64,000 nucleotides of DNA, from positions 1 through 64,000 of the forward strand of contig FLMG01001283.1 of NCBI GenBank assembly GCA_900088475.1. The letters are read 5' to 3'. This document shows positions 24,029 to 36,269 of this stretch, piece after piece (positions within the stretch are counted from its first letter, which is position 1; each line of letters opens with the position of its first letter). This DNA comes from Hyphochytrium catenoides (taxonomy: Eukaryota > Protista > Hyphochytriomycota). Below the pieces are notes generated by a model. That model was not told the origin of the DNA. It made no database searches and was given only the letters and a program-made list of their open reading frames with translations. Both the position numbers and the translations under genes were made by a program.

Positions 24029-25889
24029 ATGCTTTTGCCATCATGGCCGACACCTGCCCTCTTCTTCTCCTCTGCCTTAAGCGACGAGATTTTGGTGACG
24101 GCACAAGTGAAAAACGGGTTCCCGAACGAGGCCCGTCTGGTTGACCCCCAGATTACGGACCGTTGGGTTGTTGGAGAAGCCAAGAATGTTCTTGTGGTAA
24201 ACATCAAGCACATGTTCGACGGTGGTGACATCACAAACTTGAAACACTCGTCAGAGGTCAAGGATCAGCTGAAGCTGACATACGCTTATATATGGGAGAT
24301 GGGCACCCGCCTTCTCCTGCCACAGGTATAAAGTACACGATGGTAGCCCTAACCTACTCTCGCCTCTCTGACAGCGCATCTTTTCCTGCTCAGCCAACAA
24401 TTGCAAGTGCGGTTATCTTCACCTATCGGTTCTTACTCTTGAGGAGGTACAAACCATGATAGAGAAGATTGCTTAAGCTGCTGCTGTCCTCTCCTTGTCA
24501 AAGCTGTCTCTCTTCACTTTTCAGCTGTCGCTTATCTCTCTACAAAGAAGAGTAGCTCAGCTCCCCCTCACCCCTTTTGTCTGCTGTTTGCTCACCAATC
24601 CATCGCTCCTCTGGTGCTGTTTCCTTAGCGTTCGGGACTTCGACCTACACCTATTGGCAACCACAACTTTATTCATAGCCGCTAAGGTACGACCGCTCCT
24701 CGGCTGTGAGATCCAGCCGGCCTCACCGCCTCGCGACCGCTCGGTCCCTTTCCAGGTTGATGAAGTACCCCGGCGACTACGTGACGTTATTTCTATGGCC
24801 CATTATGTGCGCCATCCCGAAGCTCCTCCTATTGCTGCTGATAAGGTAGAATGAACTCTGTGCAGCCTGCAACCAGGACTCACGAGATTGATCAGACACC
24901 CTAATCGATGTAGATATACTGGGATATGAAGGCCAAGATCATCGAAATGGAGCAAGTGGTAAGACCAGCAATGAGGCATGATAAGAAAGGATCTTCGCGG
25001 TGAATAAGTAACTCCTGATCCTCTTTCATGTCCTAAGATTTTGAGGGTGCTCAGGTTTGATGTGGACGTGCAGCACCCATATTCATTTCTCCTCAACTAT
25101 TGCAGAGCCCTGAGGTAGGACAGAAGCCTGTGAGATCATGTCTCTTAGGCTGACTTGACCATCCGCCTTCAGAACACCCGCGATTGTAGCTCAGTCCGCT
25201 TGGGCTCTTTGCAATGACAGCTTTCGATGTGTCAAGTGCTTCGCAGTACGTTGATATCTCATATCTAGCAGCTGTCAATATCAATATTCACTTACATCTT
25301 ACATCTTTTAACGTAAACGCTTTGTTTAAACTTACCCTTGGAAAAAGGATTGCCTGAGCTCTTCTGTGTACCTGGGCCTGCTTACCTCTTCCTGTTTGTT
25401 CTCTCTAACAATCACATGAACATCAGTCCTGGTTTCTTTTGCTAAGTGCCCCTGGGCCTTGCGAAGAGCCTCTTGCTGTTCTAAGCTCTTTTTCCTGTGG
25501 AGCAAGTACTCCGCGCCCAAATCTCACTAATCCTTCCTCTTCTTCAACACCTGTTCCAGTATCCGCCTCATGATATCGCGCTTTCCTGTCTCTGTGTGGC
25601 CTATGAACTGTCCGAGGTGCGTGCCAATTGCAAGAACTACTAGCGTGTTGCATTGGCTTTTTGCTAACACTTCCCATCTGTAGGAGGCACCGCCAACATT
25701 GTCAGAGACATCTCGGTGGTATACCGTCTTGGGAGGGAGGTGGGTAGTGAACGTATAGATTCTAAATTGATTACCTCATTGACATGACTTTCTTTAAAAA
25801 GGGAAGAGGATATCCGCGAGCTTGTCTCTCTGCTGACCAACAACGTTCTTCTAGCGCTCTCATCCCCTGTTCACCGCCATCAGCCTTGA
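24029..25889 (+). CDS. Transcription-type cyclin (cyclin Q/FAM58- or cyclin L-like); start could be ATG 24029 or a downstream Met
   Basis: Spliced cyclin box: YIWEMGTRLLLPQ|PTIASAVIFTYRF; DLHLLATTTLFIAAK|VDEVPRRLRDVISM; YWDMKAKIIEMEQV|ILRVLRFDVDVQHPYSFLLNY; AQSAWALCNDSF; YPPHDIALSCL. TGA at 25887-25889. Confidence 0.88.
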
Positions 25890-26867
25890 TCTATGGGCAA
25901 TAGAGCGCTATACCAGAGCGCTACACCTTCACGCCTGACACCCAACGTCGTTATTTATGAGTCAACCTCTCCATTATTTATGCCTTCCACGACAGCTGTC
26001 AACACAAGCATTATAGTAAATACTAATCCTAAACAGACGTTGACAACCGGTCCTTGGCGAGAGGCGGAAGTCTACTTTACTTGCCGATGTCGTGCCTAAA
26101 CTGTCTGTCGTGCTTAAACTTGTGCTCCGGAGCCTCGGTAATAGTTTCTCCTGCGTGTGCTCTTCTCTTCTAAATCTCGCAGGATCGGGTGCAGACAGGC
26201 GCCTAACTTTGTATATTGTCCTTGACGATACCGTCAGGTGTTGAGGTTAAGAGCGCATGCTCCGTTCCTGTGAGAGTGTGACTCAATATGCGGCGTTGGT
26301 ATGTGTCCGTAAACGCGTTGAGAGTCTAGTAAGAACCGCTGCAGTCTGTTTCTAGCGATGTGAGGACGTGCAGCTGGCGGCCCCCTGTATTGGGACATAG
26401 GTTGTCAAGCTCGCATGGCAATGGCACCCTGTCACCGTCATCCCAGCGTCAGCAGCCCTTCAGGGAGGATGAGACACAAAATCCTATGAATGACACAAAC
26501 TGATTGCTTGACAACATATGTGCCAGCACACGCCCCTTGAGGCTTCACTTGGTGAATCTTTGAGCGTTTGATGTGCTGACTAGAGTCGGAAGGGATACTT
26601 GCTCGATGAGCAGGTGGTGGCCAGGTTGGATAGATGCAGGCTGTATATATATATCATTAGAATCTTTTTAGGTGTTTAGATTACCGTGGCCCCTGCATAG
26701 CTCTTATGCCCTTTCAGCTGCGAGAGAGTAATCCCGCTGTCCACGGTGCTGCTGTGTGACCATTTGTCCCAGTAATCTAACGGTGATTTGTAGCTAAAAC
26801 AAGACTTTTAACGGCTGACAATGCGACCGGGTTGGTGCCGCCTGGCGTCGTGGATAGTATAGAGCAA

Positions 26868-27122
26868 TTACATCCCGTCGCGATTTCGTAAGTTCTTCAT
26901 GGGAACATCATGAGGGACTTCCATCTTCTGCTCCTCGCTGTGCTGCTCGTCTGAGCTGTCATAGTTTGGATCATTCCGGTCCAGCACAGCGCCGTGCACC
27001 AGGTCATCAGCGCCTGCCACGCCCCAGACTCCCTTGCCTCCTGCTCCTCCTTTCTTGGGTGTGCCCGTGACACCAGTCCTAGAGCGCCTGTCTTTGTCTA
27101 TGTTCTTGGGAGTCCGTGTCAT
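26868..27122 (-). CDS. 84-aa microprotein consisting of the PDCD4 N-terminal ribosome-binding motif (Stf2/Tma10/SERBP1-like), no MA3 domain
   Basis: MTRTPKNIDKDRRSRTGVTGTPKKGGAGGKGVWGVAGADDLVHGAVLDRNDPNYDSSDEQ... A 5'-UTR intron 27209-27124 (aag|gtaagg...ttgcag|aATG) ends one base before the ATG. Confidence 0.8.
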   Translation of the reverse strand: MTRTPKNIDKDRRSRTGVTGTPKKGGAGGKGVWGVAGADDLVHGAVLDRNDPNYDSSDEQHSEEQKMEVPHDVPMKNLRNRDGM

Positions 27123-27399
27123 TCTGCAACAACAGTGTGAAGAGACAAGCCCATCAGTCAGCACACCAGATAGGCCTCAGGGAAGAGCACGTTCTCGTTG
27201 TTACCTTACCTTGCAAGGGCTGATAGATGAAGTTAGTGCTAATATTGATTCTTGGATGAGCTTGGATCTTGTTCACAAAGATTGTAGCCTTGTCAAGGGC
27301 TTCTCGGTGGCTGTGAAACTTCGTGACTGTGACCAACGCTGGGGAAGACAGATAGATAGCCCAGAAAAGACACGTGCATTGGCGGGTGGATCAACCAGG

Positions 27400-27481
27400 G
27401 AGAGAGGCAGAGAGCGAGAGAGGAAAGAGAGGAGAGCGAGCGAGAAGAGCGAGCGACAGGAGAGAGCGAGCGAGAGAGTGA

Positions 27482-27526
<45 letters not shown>

Positions 27527-27535
27527 TGAGTGTGT

Positions 27536-27569
<34 letters not shown>

Positions 27570-27572
27570 GAG
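27400..27572. repeat. (GA)n/(CT)n microsatellite containing two copies of GAGAGAGTGAGTGTGT(GA)n
   Basis: Read directly; lies upstream of the microprotein gene. Confidence 0.95.
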
Positions 27573-28009
27573 GCTTCGCAGGGCGAACTTCCTTCCTTCT
27601 TACCTTATACTAGGACGACAGGTGAGTGGGGCGTTTCTGTGCCCTTTCCAACCTGATAGATCTCACTATCTAGCGCTTGACTCTGTCTTTTTGACTCAAG
27701 CTGTCTAAGACTGGGCTCTTACGTTACAGTTGTTTCTTATCTCACATCTCGCCTGGCGCTCTGTCTGCTGCAAGTGATAAGAACAACTCCCTCTTCTTCA
27801 ACTAGATCACCCCCCTTCTTTTTTGACCAACCACTGGGGAGGTTCACAACTGAATGAACGTATCCTAAAGGACTATCAGGCTTAATCGATCCACTAATGA
27901 GGACCCATTAGCTTCCCAGACCTTGCAGGATAATGAGGGGTAAGGGTTGAAAGACAGAGAATATCCTGATGAGACAGAAAGCATCCTGACGAGACAGAGA
28001 GGTTTTAGT

Positions 28010-28340
28010 AAAAGGGAGAGAGGGAGGAGAGATATTGAAAGGGAGAGGGAAAGCGCGCCATCAGATGGAAAGAGATGAGTCAGTGTTATTATTAGGGGAA
28101 GAACAACAGCAAGAAGGGCAAGGGAAGAAACAGGAGGGAGAAAGAGATGGAAGAAGTGAGTAGAAGGAGTGAGAGAAAGAGATGGGAACGGAGAGATAGA
28201 AAAAAGAGATAGAAAGAGAGAGNNNNNNNNNNNNNNNNNNNNNNNNNNNNNNNNNNNNNNNNNNNNNNNNNNNNGAGAGAGAGAGAAAGAAGAGAGAGAA
28301 AGAGGGAGAAGAGAGAGCGAGAGAGAGAGGGAGAGAGAGA
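28010..28340. repeat. GA-rich low-complexity tract containing a 52-nt assembly gap (28223-28274)
   Basis: Purine-only runs flank the run of N. Confidence 0.95.
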
Positions 28341-29153
28341 CAAAAGTACTACTCGTAATAATTGAAAGGACGCAATCAGTAAGAACGAAAGGTAGGGAAT
28401 CCAAAGCAGAAGTCAAGGAAGTACCGGCCTCACACTAGATTTCTTAGGCTCTGGAGGTCAAGATGCAGCCAGCAGCCAGTGCGCAAGAGAGCAGCAGGTT
28501 TCTGAAGCGCAACCTCGGCCCCTCAACAGCGGAGCTATAACGAGAGAGAGATTTTTCATTCTTGTGGGGACATTAGCTCATTCCCAGCGCGATGTTATCG
28601 CCAAGCGCAGTCTTTTATCGAGATAGTGATCTCCAGTTGCCATCTCCCCTTCACAGGGCCTCTCTGGTCATCATGACATGAGCCGCTATGCTTGAACATC
28701 GTAGCTTTTATCTCACACTAGGGCCGATCACCTGCCCCCCAATGCTAAGTCTATGTTAAGCTGTCGTCTCCGCCTAATAAGGCTTTCTGCGCATAGAGTA
28801 ATGCTGTTGGCCTTTCTCATAATAGGGATGACTTACTCTCGGTTGAAGGATGCTGTTTTAACCCTGCACAGACGGGGAAGTTAACATCATCGAAACATAT
28901 TCAGGCGGAGTGAGGGCGTAGGTTAGCTCTGATCGTGCTTTCTGGCCCCTTAGTCATATCTCTCAAACAAAACTCGCAAGTTGCCCATGGACAAATTGTT
29001 GGTCGCCCATACTCTTGTCCACGGTGTGCTTTAGAAGGACGGAGAAGAGTTAAGTTGTGGAGGACTTTCTCATTCAGCCAAGTAGGCTATAAGACGTTCA
29101 AGCCAAGCGTGCATTGTCGACGCGAGGCTTATAAATAGAGACGAGACTAAATG

Positions 29154-30368
29154 TTAATGCTTCTTGTTGGCCATAGTGCTTCGACAGTCGTTGCAGTACC
29201 ACTTTCCTACAGGCTGTGGTGTCGAAAAAGTATTGACCGAAGAAAGGAGCAAGGAGGTACAAGGGGAGAGAGCGAGAGACGCGTAGGTAGTAGGGAAGTT
29301 AGGCTTGTGTCTCTCACGTAGTAGATCTGAAACTGAAACCTACCTGCTGTGTAAGCCCCACACACTCAAAGTGGAACCACTCGTACTTGCACTCATCATT
29401 GTCACAACCCACCATCTGACCAAAGGACACCTGAGAAAGGAATACATCCTCAGTCAATGCGCAGACGTGAATACGACGAGAGCCCTGGCCCACTTACTCT
29501 TCGGCAAAAACAATAAATCGGCTCGTTGGGATCGACCGGCAAGTCGTCGGTACTAGGCACTTGAACCTACAAAATTCAAGAGAGAGGCACAGGAAAAGAT
29601 GAAAGGCAATTTTGGTTAAGGGCCTGTTATACAAAGTTTGCCAAGAGTGACTTACCGCGGCAGTCTCTTCAGCAGTAGCCTTCCGTCGTCCTCCACCGGT
29701 GCTCTGCCGCTAAAAGGTTACTCCGCAATAAGGCATCATCCACAAAAGCGACTTTTTCCGCATAACCATACCTTGCGTTTCTTCTCCTTCTCATCTTCAA
29801 ATTCCCCATTGGCTCTAAGGTTCTGTTCAAACTTGGCCAGGTCTGCATCTTTATAGCAAGAAGGATCAGCGCTCATGGTGCCCGTGTCATCGATGTACAC
29901 AGACTAGTTACCTAGCCGCTGTATGTGTTGATCAACAAGGTCATAGGTCTGCATGGCGATAGCAATCTTCTCGTCACTCTTTTCTATAGCCTTTTGTCTT
30001 TTGGCACGGATCATGTGCATCAGCTCTTCATCCTCTATTGCTTTTTGTAGATCCGAACCAGACGGCTGCATTGAACGGTAAGGCGGATGCAGAAACTAAG
30101 CTGTTGCACGGCGACGGGGCTAGTATCTACTTACGGCTTCCTTCACACGCTTCCTGGCCTGCTGTAAGAACTTTTTATGATGATCTTTGATGTCTTTGAC
30201 GAGCGCGTTCGAGTCCTATAGCGGATTGTTTAGCAGACAAGGCGCTGAGCCTATATCCTCTTGGCAGCTGTTTACCTTATCGAGTTCTCGCATCAGATCA
30301 AAGTTACGCTTAATCTCCGCTGGCAAAGTGATGATTGAGTCTAGGTACTCCTCAAGATATGTCCCCAT
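29154..30368 (-). CDS. ING: Inhibitor of growth (ING4/5-like) PHD-finger protein
   Basis: [31 protein letters not shown]; [18 protein letters not shown]|[11 protein letters not shown] finger with [18 protein letters not shown] and [13 protein letters not shown] at 29154. Confidence 0.93.
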
Positions 30369-31088
30369 GACTCTACGTAGTCGTCCCTTTCAGAAAGGAT
30401 CAATGCTTGCCGCGTGGCTAAAGTTCAAGGAAAGTTCTCGTAGGCGTGGCTCATGAACCAGCTACCGTTTTGGCCTTTATCGAGACCCTAATAGACATGA
30501 GCCGCTGTCCGGTGGCAGCGAGAGAAAGAGAAGGTAAGCGGAGTTACCTCAACCACCATAAGTGAGCCTGCCTTCGTACAGTGACGGTGCCCATGAAGGA
30601 TAAAAATGCAATAAGAAGATCTGCAGATTTCTGGAAATCTCAAATTTTTGGATTTTATCGAGTACCAGACGCTTTTGGGAGAGGGAAAACCATTGGCGGC
30701 TATCCGTTAGCGGACGGAGATAATAGCCCATGGTGAATAACGGGATGGTGTCGACATCAAGAGACACAGAGCAGCAAGCAAGACGCAAAGTGGTGGTTCG
30801 TCTCAACGATTGCATCATGGCGACGACGAGGGAACTGGTGATAAGGAGGAGGATTATGATTTATGATGAAGACGTGTACATGCATACACCAGTAGTAGTA
30901 AGTGAATAGCGAGGTAAGAGCCTTCTTGGCCGATAATGGACGGAGGACGTCAATAGATATACTACCAAATGGCAAGGTGGTGGTGGTCCGATTGATGAGC
31001 GTAGCCTCGACGCATGACACGACGATAAGAAAAGTCTCTCAGTCTGATGAGCTGGTGCCCTTAGTGGTAGGTGCTGTGACCTCTAACA

Positions 31089-31753
31089 GAACCCCGAAAA
31101 CCAGAAGAAAGCAGCTTTAGAAGACGCCACTCCTCTGTTGATCGACCTATCTATTAGGAAGTGGATCTACTTATGAGAAGGAGGAAGCGGGATATGAACT
31201 GGCCAGACTGGTGGAGAAGAACACTGAGAATCTTCGTGCTCTCCACGCGGCTGGAGGCATTTCAGAGCTCCTCAACGTGATAAGAACTGGACCTGACAAC
31301 ACGTATGCAAGTGAAATGGCCACGAATGCACTAGTGTGGGTGGTGCGCGACGATGCTGACACTGCAGTTGTATTGTACCAGGATGGAGGTCTTCCACTCT
31401 TTATCAATCTCATTAAGCACTTGTCAGAGCGGCAAAGAGAATGGGCATCCTTTATTGTTGGGCAGATGGCCATCTTAAGCTGGGACCACAAGAGGTTTGT
31501 CGGGGAGGCTGGAGCGGCGCAGGCTCTGCTGGATTATATTGTCAGTGTTGAACACGATGAGCAAAAGCTAGTTCCAGCTGCTAAAGCTCTCTCTAATTTA
31601 ACGTATGACACTTCTACCAATATGGCCACAGTTGTCAGTTTGGGAGGCGTTCCCATCTTTAAAGACATCTTGGATGAGGGCATAGCACCGCTCTTACAGG
31701 ATTGCGTAAAGGCCATCTTAAGAGAGATCGCGGTATGGCAAGCCCACCAATGA
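31089..31753 (+). pseudogene. Intronless armadillo-repeat gene with 5' frameshift and stop; probable pseudogene or truncated gene
   Basis: ARM repeats in ORF 31211-31753: AGGISELLNVIRTG, GGLPLFINLIK, AGAAQALL, AAKALSNLT, GGVPIFKDIL. An upstream ARM repeat NPENQKKAALEDATPLLIDL joins LGSGSTYEKEEA only if one copy of CTAT at 31147-31154 is removed. An in-frame TAA lies just upstream of it. Confidence 0.6.
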
Positions 31754-32253
31754 ACGACGATTGCGGTGCCGTTTACGTTATTGGTGCCTTCTTAGGAGCA
31801 GCCTTTCTGGAGACTTCCTTCCTGTGGAATGATCTCAATCAGAAGGAAGCGGCAATTGCGAAAGCTGATTGTTAATGAGGAGTCCGAACACCAGACTCCG
31901 GCTGTCCTTCACTCGTCCTTCTCGCCCGGACCATTGACCGCTATAACATTGGCCCCTACAACCAAGAACCTTTCCTTCTCCTCTTCCTGCCTCAGCCACG
32001 CAGAACCACCCTGCTGCAGCAGACATTCAGGTCACCACCAGAAGCATTTGTGACGCGTTTATTAGGTTGATGTGGAGCTGTCGTCGCTGCGGCTATAGTA
32101 GATAGTGGTGCAATCTAGAAAGAGCGAGCCGGATCTACTATCACACTCCTCACACCTCTGTCGTTGTTTCCTTTTTCTGTCGTCTTTCAACTCGTACTAG
32201 GCTCCCTCCCTCCAACATCAAGCTGAAGCTTGCGCTAGAACCTCGCGCTTCTT

Positions 32254-34194
32254 TTGTTTTTGAAGCTTTTACTATCTATGTCATCATGTCATGCTTCTAT
32301 CTTGGATAACTATCACGGAGAAGGAGGAACATTTGCATTGTATGGTAAGCTCGTTGCCACGAAGAAGGTCACAGCGGCTGGAACTATGACTCTCATAGTT
32401 CTCACCTGCACTGCGGCGGCATTGTTGTTTGGATATGGTATCATCACTCCGGCCATATCCATCTTATCCGCCCTGGAAGGCATCTCACAGGTCGAGCCTT
32501 CATTCGGTAACTACATCGTGGGAGTCGCAGTGGCCATCATCATTTTCCTCTTCATGGTACAGTATAGAGGCACCAGGGCAATGGGTGTGATTTTTGGTCC
32601 CATAGTCTTCGTTTGGTTCACATCTCTCACTGGACTTGGTCTCTACAATCTCTGTAGCTATGGCGCTACGGTGCTCGGAGCCTTGAACCCGTACGCGGCG
32701 TTCAATGGTGGACCACAGGATCGTTTTCAGGGTACAAGGCGTTCCAAAGTATGGCGAACGTACTTCTTGCTGTTACAGGCGCAGAGACATTGTTCGCTGA
32801 CATGGGTCACTTTGGGAGGAAAGCAGTTAACGTTTCCTGGTTCTTTGTTGCGTTTCCTGCAATACTGGTGCAGTACTTGGGACAAGGCGCTTATATTCTA
32901 CCCCTGCTGGATCCCACTGTTACGTCAATGTCCACAGAAGACAAAATGGCTGCGCTCACCAGTTCCGTCTTCTGGGCGTCAGTACTCAAGAGCTCTCTCG
33001 TCTTCTACTACTTTATGGTTGCCATCGCGACGTCGGCAACCATTGTTGCGAGTCAGGCCGTCATTACGGGAGCCTTCACGCTGATGAATTAAGCGTCAAG
33101 CCTAGGCGTCTTCCCTCGACTTAAGGTCGTCCATACGATTGCACAACAAAAGGGTCAAGTTTACATTGCTGCCGTGGCGCTGGTACAAGGGATTCTATGT
33201 GCGGTTCTTGTCATAGCCTATGAACATTCCTCAAAGTTGGCTGTTGCGTATGGGGTCGCCGTGACTTCTGTCTTCGTAATCACCAGCACTATCCTCTGCT
33301 TCTTCATTGCGCCAATTTGCTGGAACCTAGCATGGTATGTCTACCTTCCGATGTTCCTCATTTTTGGGGGCGTTGATCTTGTACTCTGGTCTTCAGCCAT
33401 GCAGAGCGAGGGTGCCAACAGGAGGTTGGATGCCGATCCTTGTCGCCTTTGTGATAATGGGAATCATGTATATTTGGACCTCGACGAGAAGCTGGGTATC
33501 AGCTTCCTTGGAATCATTGAGGGTTGTCTATTTCTCCTCTCCAATCACTGGAAATGGCAAATATGGGATGTCACTCAAAGATCAACTTGCACTGTTGCAT
33601 GCAACATACAAACCTGTACGCGGTGTCGGCATAATACTTATGGCGGACTCTAAGTAATTGATGCCCTTATCACTAGTCAGGCTTTCAAGAAGGCTTCATG
33701 TGATTCCAAGAATTGTGCTGCTGGTCACAGTGGAGTTCATTAACCGGCCATTCATTGGAGATTGGGAGCGCACGGCTTTCAAGACCTTGTCTGAAGAGTC
33801 TGACGAAGAAAGCTTGTCGTGTTCTGTTGTTGTCCGGTATGGCTGGGCTGAGCCTTTGTCTGCACTAAACGTGGTTGAGTTCTTGAGGTCTGCAGTAGTA
33901 GACAACAATGGAGACAACAACGTTGTTCCTCCGGCCCTCACTCAGCTGTTTGAGAGTCTACAGTACCAGGAAGATCAAGACCAACTGTCCGCCTTCTTTG
34001 CTAACGACGACGAGGAAGAGCCATTATCAATCTTCACGACCTCAAATATCATCAAGCCGAAGCCTAGCCGTGGCATCATTGGTTGCGCATCTGTCAAGGG
34101 CTATATTCTCTTAAAGCAACTACTGTCCCCTACAACCGTAAACTTCTTCGGACTCCAATACAACTGGGCGTGGTGGTTCTGGTGTGAGCCATAG
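32254..34194 (+). pseudogene. KUP/HAK/KT potassium transporter pseudogene, intronless, 5'-truncated
   Basis: Motifs DNYHGEGGTFALY, IITPAISILSALEG, QYRGT, LAVTGAETLFADMGHFG, IVASQAVITGAF, FPRLKVVHT, LAVAYGVAVT and GGWMP are spread over shifting frames. Frameshifts at ~32703 and ~33405, in-frame TAA at 33090 and 33655. No YGDIGTSPLY motif. Confidence 0.9.
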
Positions 34195-34265
34195 ACATCC
34201 TGAACAAACAGACGAGTGACCCAATTTTCGTGGTGACCGGGAGCTTCAATTCTTGAGCATGTCAT

Positions 34266-34432
34266 CATGCTGCCTTCTTAGTGAAGCTGCGACGTCAGAA
34301 GAACCTCTTCAACAAGCGACAGCCACGACGATGGGATGTTCAGAAGTCTTACAAGAATCTGACTTCCGTCTGAAGTACATCAAAGACGAAGATCAAGGAG
34401 GAACTCATATTGTTGCTGACGCTTTGTCTTGA
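34266..34432 (+). mobile_element. Degenerate Ty3/Gypsy LTR-retrotransposon RNase H C-terminal fragment
   Basis: HAAFLVKLRRQKNLFNKRQPRRW, then after a frameshift SEVLQESDFRLKYIKDEDQGGTHIVADALS*. This matches the Gypsy consensus DH..L..L..qk.ln.RqaRW...LqefdF.lkYikG..N.VADALSR. Confidence 0.75.
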
Positions 34433-36269
34433 TGTAGTTAGCCTTGACATGTGAAGGGGATGCTAACCTAGAAAAAGCTCTCAAGTCTATCAGGCCTCTC
34501 TAGCTGATGATCAGGACGGACCTGAGCTTTCTTTCCTTGATTGGTGACCTGATGACTCAAAGGCTAGCGAAGATGGTCACCCCCGAACCTGCCTTATATG
34601 ACTCGCTACGTTTTAAGTTCTAAACTCCAAAAAAACTTGGTCCTTTGTCGTTGAATGAGGAAAGGATTATTGGTTATGATGATGCTTATCGTCTTTAGCT
34701 ACGGGTATAAAGTTCCCTCCGTATTACATCTTTCGCTGTCAGAGCCGTATACCATCAACTACCCATTTGACGTCGGGCGCGGGCACTTTCCCATGCCGGT
34801 CGTCGCTGGTCTTCCGCCCCACCCGCCGCGTGATGATGACAGAGCCAATCCCTGTTCAAACAATAAAATCTGTTTCTTAAAGCGCGCAGTAAGGGGTGAG
34901 AAGAGTCCTTATCTCGCCAAATGGGCGGGTAATACTTCGAAATCCAACGCTAGTTGGGAAGCTGCAGTGAAGTCTTGCCCTATGGACAAGCATAACAACC
35001 CATTGACGCTGTTTATTCACTTGCTAGACACTGCCTTGTCCTGTCTTCGGCCATTCAACCCATGGTGTTGACTAATACTTTCCTTCTTGGTATTTTCCTT
35101 GTCAGGAGCTCAATTAATGAAGGATAAGAGAACTGGTTTTCCATCATCATCTCAGAAGGTCAGATGTCACTTCGGATTGAAAGAGGTCCAAGCAGGCGTA
35201 TACTCTCTGTTTAGCCTGACAAGATTGATAGTGAAAGTCTGTGAAGAACAGCTACTGACCTTGGTTTGCAACGGCAACACTTACAGGAGGGCCGCCGTCA
35301 GACAATTTGTGTCTCTCGCTAAAGGAAAAGACATTGGATTTTTTTCTACTCTCCTACGATTAGCTTGCCCAATTTTGTCTGAGTGCTAGGTTCAAGCTCT
35401 CTTCTACCTTGCTCTTCAAATGTTTGAGTGCTTATCTGAAAGTGCTTGTGCAAACTGTGAGACATTACCTCTTGCGTGCGGGGACAATTCCTTGTTAAGA
35501 GGCTCTTAACAGTCTAAAACACCCAGCACGCGGTAATGTATACAACGGCAACCTAATGTGGCAATAAATCTGAGGCGCACTACTTGTTGTCCGAATAGTC
35601 TTCCCTACTATTGACATCTACATGGCTGTACATGTGCATTCCTCCTGGTACTTTGCAGTTCACCAGAGGACCTGAGGCAGCCTTCTCAGTAATGGCATCG
35701 CATGATGCTGTAGTAGCGTATGGCGACATTGGCACTTGATGCAGTTGCTATTTGTTGGCTTGGACTTGGAGTTATTCTTGCATGGCTTTAGAGACGGCGG
35801 GAGATAGAAGTGCTAAATGTATGCAAGTCTTCTTCATCCATATTTCATCCATATTTGGAGTATGGGTCAGTGTTGGCAACGTTCTTGTTGAACGAGAGAG
35901 CCAAGGACACTCCTCGCTGATGATAGTAAGCACTGAGAATAGGGCTCTTCATATGGTTTTCACTGTTAACGTTGAAGGGATTCGGAGTAACAAGTTTCAA
36001 TTGCTGAAAGGTTGGGGCTGTGTGACTCCGTCGTTCAATGCATTTGTTTGGCCAGCATACTGTCACTTTAGTCGCAAAGGACCCATCGTGGCATCTTTTG
36101 GCAGGGGCAAGCTAAGGATGTGTGCCGATGATCCCTGGCTACCATAGGACGTTCACGTCGAGGGTATGGATACTAATCCGTTTAACTTGACATTCTTGTT
36201 GTTGTTGCCACCAAATGGAATCTAGCTCCCGGGCCCCTCGTCAGTCTGTCGTTAGGTAGGCTTGTAGGT

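Noticed and set aside
26450-26700. Two short stretches resembling U6 snRNA (gcccttcagggaggatgagacacaaaatc; agattaccgtggcccctgc)
   Set aside because: They are in the wrong order, ~200 nt apart, and there is no ACAGAGA box. Most likely chance.
27865-28438. ORFs rich in SL/ER across the gap
   Set aside because: Translation artefacts of GA/CT microsatellites and Ns.
34500-36200. Possible pogo/DDE transposase remnant on the minus strand (EVLPAHL..GLFSPL..FKKQ)
   Set aside because: Too degenerate to support without a profile search; no TIRs seen.
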